This document shows, in pieces, positions 1 through 8,735 of a stretch of DNA of 64,000 nucleotides; position 1 is the first letter of the stretch; every line of letters begins with the position of its first letter. The position numbers were made by a program, and so were the translations under genes. The stretch is from contig PLGM01000350.1 in assembly GCA_003139795.1 (NCBI GenBank), positions 10,160 through 74,159 of the forward strand, in the 5' to 3' direction. The stretch is from Acidobacteriaceae bacterium (lineage in GTDB: Bacteria; Acidobacteriota; Terriglobia; Terriglobales; Acidobacteriaceae). The notes beneath the pieces were generated by a model. It was given only the letters and a program-made list of their open reading frames with translations, was not told where the DNA came from and did no database searches.

Positions 1-1
1 G

Positions 2-349
2 GTTCAAGCGGCAATGTATGGTCCCCTTGTGCTCGCAGCGCGGCTCGGCACCGAAGGCTTGACCACCTCCATGATTTACGGCGGCAATGGCCCGCGAGGG
101 TATGACGACGGCTATCCCATGCCCATCGTGGACACTCGCCCACACATGCGCCGCGGCGCGAATGGCGAGCCCACCATACCTGCGCCTGCTCCCGCAGACA
201 GTGTGTGGTTCGAACAGGCAGAGGCCTCGCCGCTTTACCCTCTTCAATTCCACACCAAAGGACGAGGCCCAATCCACACTCTGGTCCCGCTCAATCAGAT
301 CATGGACGAGCGTTACTCTGTGTATCTGCGCAATATCGACACCGATTAG
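2..349 (+). CDS. 3' end of a CDS entering from upstream of the window; product unassigned
   Basis: The frame is open from the window edge to TAG 347-349. The tail reads ...HTLVPLNQIMDERYSVYLRNIDTD. No catalytic motif is visible, so no family call. Confidence 0.4.
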   Translation, partial: VQAAMYGPLVLAARLGTEGLTTSMIYGGNGPRGYDDGYPMPIVDTRPHMRRGANGEPTIPAPAPADSVWFEQAEASPLYPLQFHTKGRGPIHTLVPLNQIMDERYSVYLRNIDTD

Positions 350-423
350 AGCATTTTCACCGATAATGTAAGGCCATTGGCGCCCCACGAAGGTCTGCGC
401 TGCAGTGTGAGTCTTCGGCAAGG

Positions 424-1011
424 ATGCGTAAATCAAAAGGTGTACCCTTGGGTTTGATTCGCCTGGTGCGTCCGCCTCTATCGAAACTGCCCCGGCCGAG
501 AAAAACTCGGCTCAATCTTGCCTCGTCTGCCGGGGCAGTCCCGATAGGGATCCGCAGCTACCTAGAGATCACCGACGGGATTCAGCGATATGGAGCGGCT
601 CCGACAGAAGACCTGCACGAACTGTGGCGGAGAATCGTCTTCTCCGTTCTGATCTCGAATACCGACGACCACTTGCGCAATCATGGCTTCCTCTATGAAG
701 GCAATCAGGGTTGGCGGTTGTCGCCGGCCTACGATCTGAACCCGGTCCCGGTGCAATTTCGACCACGCATTTTATCCACGCTCATTGATGAGCAGAGCGG
801 CGATGCGTCGATTGAACTGGCGCTGAGCGTCGCCGAATATTTCCGCCTCACTCCACCTCAGGCGCGGCAATCGGCCCGCGACGTGGCCAAGGCGGTTTCA
901 CGATGGAGACGGGAAGCTGCTGCTCTGGGAATCCCGGCGGCGGAGACGGAGATTGTGGCCTCGGCCTTCGAGCACGAGGACTTGGCGCAAGCAAAGAAAC
1001 TGCGAACTTGA
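424..1011 (+). pseudogene. HipA-family kinase toxin, C-terminal fragment only
   Basis: The 195-aa ORF carries HipA C-domain motifs ISNTDDHLRNHGFLY and WRLSPAYDLNP. It lacks the N-terminal ~250 aa of a full-length (~440 aa) HipA, and no HipB-like HTH gene lies upstream. Confidence 0.6.
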
Positions 1012-1199
1012 ATTAGCCGATCCTGGATTCGGTCGTGGAATTCCTGTTGCGATACCGACTTTTCGAGACCGATTTGCTATCAATAAGTATATTGGCGATG
1101 TTGCGTCAGGCGAGAGCCTTTTTTGAGCGCCGGTCCTCGTGATACGATCTCGCCAGCGGCTGTTCCCCACAGCCGTCCAGCCCAGCCCAGGAGGTCATC

Positions 1200-2081
1200 A
1201 TGAGTCCATTTTCCCGTCGCCAATTCCTCAAAGCCTCGGTTGCCGTTGGAACTGTAAGCAGTTTCGGCGCTCTTCCTTTGCACGCTACGTCCCGCAAAGC
1301 CACCGACGCAGTCACTCTTGGCAAATCGGGGATGCAGGTCACGCGCCTCGCATTCGGTACCGGCAGCAACAATGGCTACGTGCAGGCCGCGCTCGGCCAG
1401 CAGGAGTTCACCCGCCTCGTTCATTACGCTTACGACCGCGGCATCCGCTTTTTCGAGACCGCTGAGGCCTATGCCACCCCGGCCATGCTCGGCGAAGCGC
1501 TCAAAGGCATCCCGCGTGAAAGCTATCAACTCATGACCAAGGTGACCACCAACAAGGGCGTCGATCCGCAGAAGCGTTTCGACGAATTGCGCCGCACGTC
1601 GCAGACCGAGTACTTCGACATTATGCTTCTCCACTGGCAGCACACGCCCGACTGGGTTGCCGCAACGGGCCGCTGGCAAGACGGCATCCTCGAAGCGCAA
1701 TCGAAAAAGATCATTCGCGCGCGTGGCGCATCGGTCCATGGCCTGCCCGCGCTCCGCCAGATGCCGGGCAACAAATGGCTCGAAGTCGCAATGATCCGCA
1801 TGAACCACAACGGCACGGTCATGGACGGCCCGGTACCGGATGACGGCAACCGCGGCAACGTGCCTGAAGTGGTGGAGCACGTGAAGCAGGTGAAGAAAGA
1901 CGGCATGGGTGTGATCAGCATGAAGCTCGTTGGCGACGGCGCCTTCACGCGCCACGAAGACCGCCAGGCCGCCATGCGTTTCGCTTTCAAGGACGCCGGG
2001 ATCGATTGCGCCACCGTAGGCTTCAAGAACACGCAGGAAATCGACGAAGCGATCGACAACATGAATCTTGCGCTGGCCTAG
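1200..2081 (+). CDS. aldo/keto reductase-like oxidoreductase with twin-arginine (Tat) signal peptide
   Basis: ATG follows a GGAGG RBS (1189-1193). The N-terminus MSPFSRRQFLKASVAVG matches the Tat motif S-R-R-x-F-L-K. AKR landmarks are FFETAEAY (Tyr), LMTKV (Lys) and LLHW (His). Confidence 0.8.
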   Translation: MSPFSRRQFLKASVAVGTVSSFGALPLHATSRKATDAVTLGKSGMQVTRLAFGTGSNNGYVQAALGQQEFTRLVHYAYDRGIRFFETAEAYATPAMLGEALKGIPRESYQLMTKVTTNKGVDPQKRFDELRRTSQTEYFDIMLLHWQHTPDWVAATGRWQDGILEAQSKKIIRARGASVHGLPALRQMPGNKWLEVAMIRMNHNGTVMDGPVPDDGNRGNVPEVVEHVKQVKKDGMGVISMKLVGDGAFTRHEDRQAAMRFAFKDAGIDCATVGFKNTQEIDEAIDNMNLALA

Positions 2082-2292
2082 GCGGGAAACGCTCAATGCT
2101 GAATAAGCTGGAGCCTCAAGGACGGTCCGGCCTCACGGCTCGAACTTGACTGGGACGAAGACCTCGTACCCGTCCCGCTTGAGCTGGCCGGCAGCTTGGC
2201 CACGTCATTCGCAACCGGATTCAGTAGTTGAGGCGCTCCTTGCGAGGACTTGAGCGCCAATGTCTTTGCCCTTGAAACGAATGCAAAAAAGA

Positions 2293-2320
2293 TTGCGAGC
2301 CGGGCAATCTGGGGTATATT
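2293..2320 (+). promoter_or_regulatory. candidate sigma70-type promoter of the tricorn-like gene
   Basis: TTGCGA (2293-2298), 16-nt spacer, TATATT (2315-2320). It lies ~113 nt upstream of the GTG at 2433. Confidence 0.3.
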
Positions 2321-2432
2321 CTCTCTTGACCGGGAAAGCAGAATGGGAACTCCGGGTTAGACCGAGTGCGCGCCTCGCTCCATTTTCTCTCCCTTCCCGT
2401 TTCAGAATCTCATTGGGTGAAAGGAAGAACCT

Positions 2433-5400
2433 GTGCTAAGGCTAAAACCTCGGATTGTCCTTCTTTGGCTTCTCGCCTCTCTGTTCTTTGTTTGCTCGGC
2501 CATCGCTCAAACCAAGCTTCTTCGCTTTCCTGACATCCATGGCGACAAAGTCGTTTTCACCTATGCGGGGGACCTCTGGATTGCCTCCACATCGGGTGGA
2601 TTGGCCGCCCGCCTGACTGCTCATCCGGGCGTCGAGCTCTTTGCCAAGTTCTCCCCCGACGGCAAATGGATCGCCTTCACGGGCCAATACGACGGCGACG
2701 AGCAGGTTTACGTGATTCCGGCGACCGGCGGGGTTCCCAAGCAGCTTACGTTTTATCCTTCGCACGGCCCGCTTCCTGCCCGCTGGGGCTATGACAATCA
2801 GGTTTACGGCTGGACTCCCGACGGCAAATCGGTGGTCTTCCGGTCTCTGCGCGAATACTTCGACCTCGGCGACTCCCGCCTGTACACCGTTTCGATGGAT
2901 GGTGGTCTGCCACAGGCTCTGCCCATGCCCAAATCGGGCGCGGGGGATTTTTCGCCGGACGGCAAGCAGATGGTCTACTCGCCCCTGTTTCGCGACTTCC
3001 GCACCTGGAAGCGCTACTCCGGAGGGTGGGCTCAGCAGCTTTATGTCTTCGACCTCAAATCGCACGCCGTGGAAAAGATCACCGCCGATCCCCGCTGTCA
3101 TCGCGACCCCATGTGGATCGGTGACAAGATCTACTATTCCTCCGACAAGGACGACACGCTCAATCTGTACTCGTACGATCCCAAAACAAAAATCACTGCG
3201 CAGCTGACCCACAGCGCGAAATGGGATCTTCGCTGGCCCAGCACCGATCATCAAGGCCGGATCGTTTACGAATCGGAGGGCGAGTTGAACATCTTCGACA
3301 TCGCTGCCGGCGCTTCGACGCATCTGTCGATCGAAGTTCCCACCGATGCGCTGGCCATGCGCCCCTCGCGAGTCTCGGCCGGCGGCCAGATCGAGTGGAC
3401 AGAGCTGAGCCCCAAGGGCGAACGCGCGCTGATGGTGGCGCGCGGCGACGTGTTTACCGTTCCCATCGAGAAAGGCGCTACGCGCAATCTGACCGACTCC
3501 TCGAACGCTCACGACAGGTTTGCGGAGTGGTCGCCGGACGGGGCCACCATCGCCTTCATCTCCGACGTGGATGGCGAGGACGAAGTGTACCGCATCAGCC
3601 AGGACGGGCTGGGCAAGCCGGAGCAGTTGACGCACGGCTATCACGCCATGCTGTACCAGCCCAGTTGGGCGCCGGACGGCAAGCGGATTGCCTTCAGCGA
3701 CAAGGACGGAAAGCTCTACGTATTGACTCTCGACGACAAAAAAGTAATCCAGATCGCCCAAAATCCACGCGGACAAATCCCTTCATATCCATGGTCGGCG
3801 GACGGAGGCCATCTCGCCTTCACGATGTATGAACCCACCGGCTTCTCCTGCGTTTATATCTGGAGCGTTGCCGACGGGCAAGTCCATCGCGTCACCGACC
3901 CGATGTACGACTCCGGCGGGCCGGCCTGGGATACGGAGGGCAATTATCTCTACTTCATCGCCACGCACGGATACCAGCCGCAGATCAGCGAGATCGAGTT
4001 CAACTTCGCCACCAATCGCGGGGGCTCTCTGCTGGCTCTCGCTCTCCGCAAGGATGTCAAGAACCCATTCCCGCCCCAAAGCGACGAGGTGACCCTCGCC
4101 AAGCCGGGCGAGGACGCGGCCGACAAGAGCAAGCCCGAAGACAAGGCCGGCGACAAGAAGGATGAGAAGAAGGAAGAGAAAAAGAAGGAACCCATCCGCA
4201 TCGATTTCGACGGCCTTCAGGATCGAGTCAGCCGCGTACCGCTCGAGGCCGACAACTACTCCGATCTGACGGTGACCAGGGACTATCTCGTTTACACGCG
4301 GGGCGGCGCGTACTACTACGGCCGCGAGTCCTATCCGCCGGCCGCATTGGTTCTCTATTCGCTCAAAGACCGCAAGGAAACCACCCTGGCGGAGAAGGTC
4401 GAGGAATTCGCTGTCTCGCGGGACGGCAGCAAGGTGCTGGTGCGCGAAGGCAAAACTTACAAGCTCTACGACGTGAAGCCGGAAGGCAAAGCGACCGCAA
4501 AGACCGTTTCCACGGATAACCTGATGGTGGACCGGATTCCACAGCAGGAGTGGGCGGAGATATTCAACGAGGTGTACCGCCGCTACCGCGACTTCTTCTA
4601 CGTCGAAAACATGAACGGCTACAACTGGAATGCGTTGCGCGACCAGTACCGTCCGCTGGTGGACTATGTGGCCAACCGCTCCGATCTGAATTATGTACTC
4701 GGCGAGATGGTGGCCGAACTCAGTAACTCCCACACCTACATCACCGGCGGCGATTTCGAGATTCCCAAACGCACCCCGGTGGCGCTGATGGGCGCGCGCA
4801 TCGAGCTGGACGCGTCCGCGGGCCGCTACCGCATTGCAAAGATTTACCGCGGCCAGAACGAAGAGGAGCTTTATCGCTCTCCGCTCACCGAAGTAGGCAT
4901 CGACGCGAAGGAAGGCGATTACATCCTGGCCATCGACGGCCGCGAACTGACGGCCAAGGACAATCTCTACGAGTTTTTGCGCGGCAAGGCCGACCATCCC
5001 GTGCAATTGAGGGTCAACGCGAAGCCTGTCCTCGACGGTTCCCGCACGATTTCCTATAGCCCCATCGCCAGCGAGACCAATCTGATCTATCTCGACTGGG
5101 TTACCCACAACCGCGAGGCCGTGGACAAGGCCACCGGCGGCAAGGTCGGCTATATTCACCTTCCGGACATGGGCGAAAATGGGATTCGCGAATTCATCAA
5201 GTATTACTACCCGCAGATTCGCAAGCAGGCATTGATTGTGGACGATCGCGGCAATGGGGGCGGCAATATCTCGCAGATGATCATCGCACGGCTGAGCCAG
5301 CAGTTGCTCGGCGCCGACTTCGATCGCATCGACCGGGAAACCACCACGTATCCCTACACGGTCTTCTACGGCCCGAAGGTCTGCCTGATCAACGAAACCT

Positions 5401-5753
5401 CCGCATCCGACGGTGATGTTTTTCCCTACATGTTCCGCCAGGCGGGGCTCGGCCCTCTCATCGGCAAGCGCACCTGGGGCGGAACGGTGGGCATTTCGGA
5501 CCGTGGGCCGCTGTTGGACGGCGGCGAGGTTTTCGTGCCCGAATTTGCCCTGGCCAACACCGAAGGCAAGTATGTAATCGAAGGCCACGGCGTCGATCCC
5601 GACATCGAGGTGGAAAACGATCCGGCAGCGGTGATCGAGGGGCGTGACCCGCAACTGGAACGGGCCATTGCGGAGATCGAGAAAGCCCTTCAGGCGAACC
5701 CGAAGATTCTGCCGCAGCGCCCTCCGGACCCGGATAAGACGCCGAAGCGCTGA
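2433..5753 (+). CDS. tricorn protease homologue (S41-type; beta-propellers + PDZ + peptidase), exported
   Basis: 1106 aa with a signal peptide. The N-terminus LLRFPDIHGDKVVFTYAGDLWI and repeated SPDGK beta-propeller motifs are typical of tricorn homologues. The C-terminal region reads SASDGDVFPYMF...GKRTWGG. RBS AAAGGAAG precedes the GTG. Confidence 0.9.
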   Translation: MLRLKPRIVLLWLLASLFFVCSAIAQTKLLRFPDIHGDKVVFTYAGDLWIASTSGGLAARLTAHPGVELFAKFSPDGKWIAFTGQYDGDEQVYVIPATGGVPKQLTFYPSHGPLPARWGYDNQVYGWTPDGKSVVFRSLREYFDLGDSRLYTVSMDGGLPQALPMPKSGAGDFSPDGKQMVYSPLFRDFRTWKRYSGGWAQQLYVFDLKSHAVEKITADPRCHRDPMWIGDKIYYSSDKDDTLNLYSYDPKTKITAQLTHSAKWDLRWPSTDHQGRIVYESEGELNIFDIAAGASTHLSIEVPTDALAMRPSRVSAGGQIEWTELSPKGERALMVARGDVFTVPIEKGATRNLTDSSNAHDRFAEWSPDGATIAFISDVDGEDEVYRISQDGLGKPEQLTHGYHAMLYQPSWAPDGKRIAFSDKDGKLYVLTLDDKKVIQIAQNPRGQIPSYPWSADGGHLAFTMYEPTGFSCVYIWSVADGQVHRVTDPMYDSGGPAWDTEGNYLYFIATHGYQPQISEIEFNFATNRGGSLLALALRKDVKNPFPPQSDEVTLAKPGEDAADKSKPEDKAGDKKDEKKEEKKKEPIRIDFDGLQDRVSRVPLEADNYSDLTVTRDYLVYTRGGAYYYGRESYPPAALVLYSLKDRKETTLAEKVEEFAVSRDGSKVLVREGKTYKLYDVKPEGKATAKTVSTDNLMVDRIPQQEWAEIFNEVYRRYRDFFYVENMNGYNWNALRDQYRPLVDYVANRSDLNYVLGEMVAELSNSHTYITGGDFEIPKRTPVALMGARIELDASAGRYRIAKIYRGQNEEELYRSPLTEVGIDAKEGDYILAIDGRELTAKDNLYEFLRGKADHPVQLRVNAKPVLDGSRTISYSPIASETNLIYLDWVTHNREAVDKATGGKVGYIHLPDMGENGIREFIKYYYPQIRKQALIVDDRGNGGGNISQMIIARLSQQLLGADFDRIDRETTTYPYTVFYGPKVCLINETSASDGDVFPYMFRQAGLGPLIGKRTWGGTVGISDRGPLLDGGEVFVPEFALANTEGKYVIEGHGVDPDIEVENDPAAVIEGRDPQLERAIAEIEKALQANPKILPQRPPDPDKTPKR

Positions 5754-5972
5754 TGCAATTTGCGCCAGACAGAAACGGTTGAGAAAGGCGGGCTGTCAAG
5801 CACCTCGACCGCTCGCGGGAAAACGATCTCCTCTTCCACCTGGATGTGCTCTTCATAGAGATGCTTGAGCCGCGGTTGCTGTTGGAGTAAACTTCGGCGG
5901 ACTTCCGTTTTGAACTTCCGGCAAGCTGAAACCGTATCCACTCAAACTGCAAGGAGAAAGGACCCGTTGTTT

Positions 5973-8651
5973 ATGAAGAAGTTCCTGTATGGCTTATTGT
6001 GCGTTTTGATGCTTGTGCCGGCGGCTGGGGCGCAGGAGAAGAAAGCTGGCGGCTTGCCGCCGCTGATCGATCGCGAACTGATCTTCGGCAATCCCGAGAT
6101 TGCGGCGGCGGAGCTTTCTCCGAATGGCCAGTACATTGCATTCCTGAAACCGTGGAAGGATACGCGCAATGTGTACGTGAAGGCGGTTGGGGAGCCGTTC
6201 ACCGCGGCACGGCTGCTGACGACGGAAAACAAGCGGCCGGTTCCCGGATTTCTCTGGTCGCGGGACAGCAAGTACATCCTTTACGTGAAGGACCACGATG
6301 GAGACGAGAACTACAACGTGTATGCGGTCGACCCCGCGGCCAAGCCCGAGGCGGGCGCGGATGCGCCGGTCTCGCGCGACCTGACCGGGCTGAAAGGCGT
6401 GCGGGTGTTGCTGTACGAGGTCCCGAAGAGCGACCCGGATATTGTGTACATCGGCCTGAACGACCGGGACAAGGCCTGGCACGATCTTTACAAGCTGCGC
6501 ATCTCGACGGGCGAAAAGACGCTGTTGCGCAAGAATACTGATCGAGTTACCGGCTGGAGTTTCGATCTGAAGGGCCAGTTGCGGCTGGCTACGCGCAATG
6601 CGGAAAACGGCGACACGGAGGTTCTGCGCGTGGATGCCGACAAGCTTACAGAGATCTATTCCTGCACGGTGTTCGAGACCTGCGACCCGCTGCACTTCCT
6701 TCCCGACGGCAGCCGGGTGTACATGGAGACCAACAAGGACGCGAACCTGATCTCGCTGGTGCTGTTCGATCCGGCGACGGGCAAGACGGAGGCGGTGGAA
6801 TCGGATCCGCTGGGAAAGGTGGATTTTGGCGGAGCGCTGTTCTCCGAGGCGACCGATGAACTGGTGGAGACCTGGTATTACCACGACCGCGTAAAGACCT
6901 ACTTCAAAGACAAGGCGTTCGGCGCTGACAACCACTGGCTTGAGCAGCATTTCCCTGGCCAGGAGATCAGGGTGGTTTCGCGCACGCGGGACGAGAAAAC
7001 CTGGCTAGTGACGGCGGCAAGCGACCGGGAGCCGGGGCAGACGGTGCTGTTCGACCGCAAGACCCACACGGTGACGCCGCAATACTCGATTTGGGAGAAG
7101 TTGCCGCGCCAGGACCTGGCGGAGATGAAGTCAGTGACCTACAAGTCGTCCGACGGGCTGGAGATTCCGGCCTATCTGACGCTGCCCAAGGGCGTTGAGG
7201 CGAAGAATCTGCCCACCCTGATCATTCCTCACGGCGGACCGTGGGGACGCGACAACTGGGGGTATCACCCGCTGGCGCAGTTCTTTGCCAATCGCGGCTA
7301 TGCCGTCTTGCAGCCAAACTTCCGCGGCTCGACGGGGTATGGACGGAAGTTTCTGGATGCGGGCAACCTGGAGTGGGGCCGCAAGATGCAGGACGACGTG
7401 ACCTGGGGCGTGAAGTACCTGGTTGCCGAGGGGATTGCCGATCCGAAGCGCGTGGGGATTCTGGGCGGGTCCTATGGCGGCTACGCAACGCTTGCCGGGG
7501 TTGCCTTTACTCCCGACCTGTATGCGGCGGCAGTGGACATTGTGGGGCCTTCGAATCTGATCACGCTGATGGAGTCGATTCCTCCTTACTGGGAAGCGGC
7601 CCGCAAGACGTTTGCCGTGCGCATGGGCGACGTGAGCACAGCGGAAGGGAAAGCGCTACTGGCAGAGCGGTCGCCGCTGCACTCCGCCGACAAGATCAAG
7701 ACGCCTCTGCTGGTGGCGCAGGGAGCCAACGACCCGCGGGTGAACCGGCGCGAGGCCGAGCAGATTGTGATCGCGTTGCGGGACCGGGGATTTCCGGTGG
7801 AGTATCTGCTGGCGCCGGATGAGGGCCACGGATTTGCCCGGCCGGTCAACAACCTGGCGCTGTACATGGAGTCGGAGAAGTTTCTGGCGCAGTACCTGGG
7901 AGGACGATTCCAGGAGGGCGGATCGGCGGAGTCCGTGGCTCGGTTGAAGGAAATTACGGTCGATCCCAAGACCGTGGTGCTGGCCAAGAAGGTGGATGCC
8001 GGAGCCGTGGGGCTGCCCAAGCCGGCCACCGATCTGCAGCCGGGGACTTACCATTACCAGGTGACGATCGAGATGGGCGCGCAGAAGATGAATCTCAAGG
8101 TTTCAACGGCCATTGCGGATGGCGGAGCTTCGTGGACGGCGATCGACACGATGGAAACGCCGCAGGGCACGGCGACGGACACAGCGACCATCGCCAAGTC
8201 GAGCCTGATTCTCGAGAAGCGGAGCCTGAAGCAAGGCCCTGTCGACATCGAGGTGGATTATGCGGGCGACAAAGCGGCGGGCAAGATGAGCATGAACGGA
8301 CAGGACCATCCGATCGCGGCCGACCTGGGTGGGCCGCTGTTTGCGGATGGAGCCGGCGGGGATCAGGTCATGGCAAGCCTGCCGCTTGCGGTGGGGTACA
8401 GCACCACCTTCCGCAACTTCGATGTCCAGACGCAGAAGGTGAAGCTGCTGCAGTTAAGCGTTGCCGGCATCGAAACGGTGACCGTGCCCGCGGGGACATT
8501 TGAGGTTTACCGGGTCGAAATCTCTTCCGCGGATGGAGGGGCGGACAAGAAGACGCTGTGGATAGCGAAGGATTCCCACAAAGTGGTGAAAGGCTCCGCG
8601 GTACTGGCGGCGATGGGAGGCGCCGTCATGACCCAGGAACTGACCGAGTAA
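5973..8651 (+). CDS. S9 family serine peptidase (prolyl oligopeptidase/dipeptidyl aminopeptidase-like) with extra C-terminal domain
   Basis: ATG 5973 follows AAGGAG (5951-5956). Signal peptide MKKFLYGLLCVLMLVPAAGAQ. Catalytic landmarks GGSYGG (Ser), QGANDPRV (Asp) and DEGHGF (His). About 240 aa follow the peptidase domain. Confidence 0.85.
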   Translation: MKKFLYGLLCVLMLVPAAGAQEKKAGGLPPLIDRELIFGNPEIAAAELSPNGQYIAFLKPWKDTRNVYVKAVGEPFTAARLLTTENKRPVPGFLWSRDSKYILYVKDHDGDENYNVYAVDPAAKPEAGADAPVSRDLTGLKGVRVLLYEVPKSDPDIVYIGLNDRDKAWHDLYKLRISTGEKTLLRKNTDRVTGWSFDLKGQLRLATRNAENGDTEVLRVDADKLTEIYSCTVFETCDPLHFLPDGSRVYMETNKDANLISLVLFDPATGKTEAVESDPLGKVDFGGALFSEATDELVETWYYHDRVKTYFKDKAFGADNHWLEQHFPGQEIRVVSRTRDEKTWLVTAASDREPGQTVLFDRKTHTVTPQYSIWEKLPRQDLAEMKSVTYKSSDGLEIPAYLTLPKGVEAKNLPTLIIPHGGPWGRDNWGYHPLAQFFANRGYAVLQPNFRGSTGYGRKFLDAGNLEWGRKMQDDVTWGVKYLVAEGIADPKRVGILGGSYGGYATLAGVAFTPDLYAAAVDIVGPSNLITLMESIPPYWEAARKTFAVRMGDVSTAEGKALLAERSPLHSADKIKTPLLVAQGANDPRVNRREAEQIVIALRDRGFPVEYLLAPDEGHGFARPVNNLALYMESEKFLAQYLGGRFQEGGSAESVARLKEITVDPKTVVLAKKVDAGAVGLPKPATDLQPGTYHYQVTIEMGAQKMNLKVSTAIADGGASWTAIDTMETPQGTATDTATIAKSSLILEKRSLKQGPVDIEVDYAGDKAAGKMSMNGQDHPIAADLGGPLFADGAGGDQVMASLPLAVGYSTTFRNFDVQTQKVKLLQLSVAGIETVTVPAGTFEVYRVEISSADGGADKKTLWIAKDSHKVVKGSAVLAAMGGAVMTQELTE

Positions 8652-8665
8652 GCCGGCATCCACTT

Positions 8666-8698
8666 GGCGGCTGCCTCTCTTTGCGGAAAGGCGGCCGC
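8666..8698. terminator. hairpin between convergent S9 peptidase and SSF transporter genes
   Basis: GGCGGCTGCC (8666-8675) pairs with GGCGGCCGC (8690-8698) with one mismatch; 14-nt loop. Confidence 0.4.
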
Positions 8699-8735
8699 TA
8701 AGTCGAGATATTTGGCCTGGACGCCGCCCTATCGC

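Noticed and set aside
2100-2260. Possible minus-strand gene remnant (…AGQLKRDGYEVFVPVKFEP* readable at ~2135-2195)
   Set aside because: Only ~20-40 codons are readable before frame breaks, there is no recognisable family, and the evidence is too weak to call a pseudogene.
3783-5654. 623-aa ORF antisense to the tricorn-like protease (also 2442-3776)
   Set aside because: A high-GC antisense artefact. The sense-strand product is recognisable over its full length.
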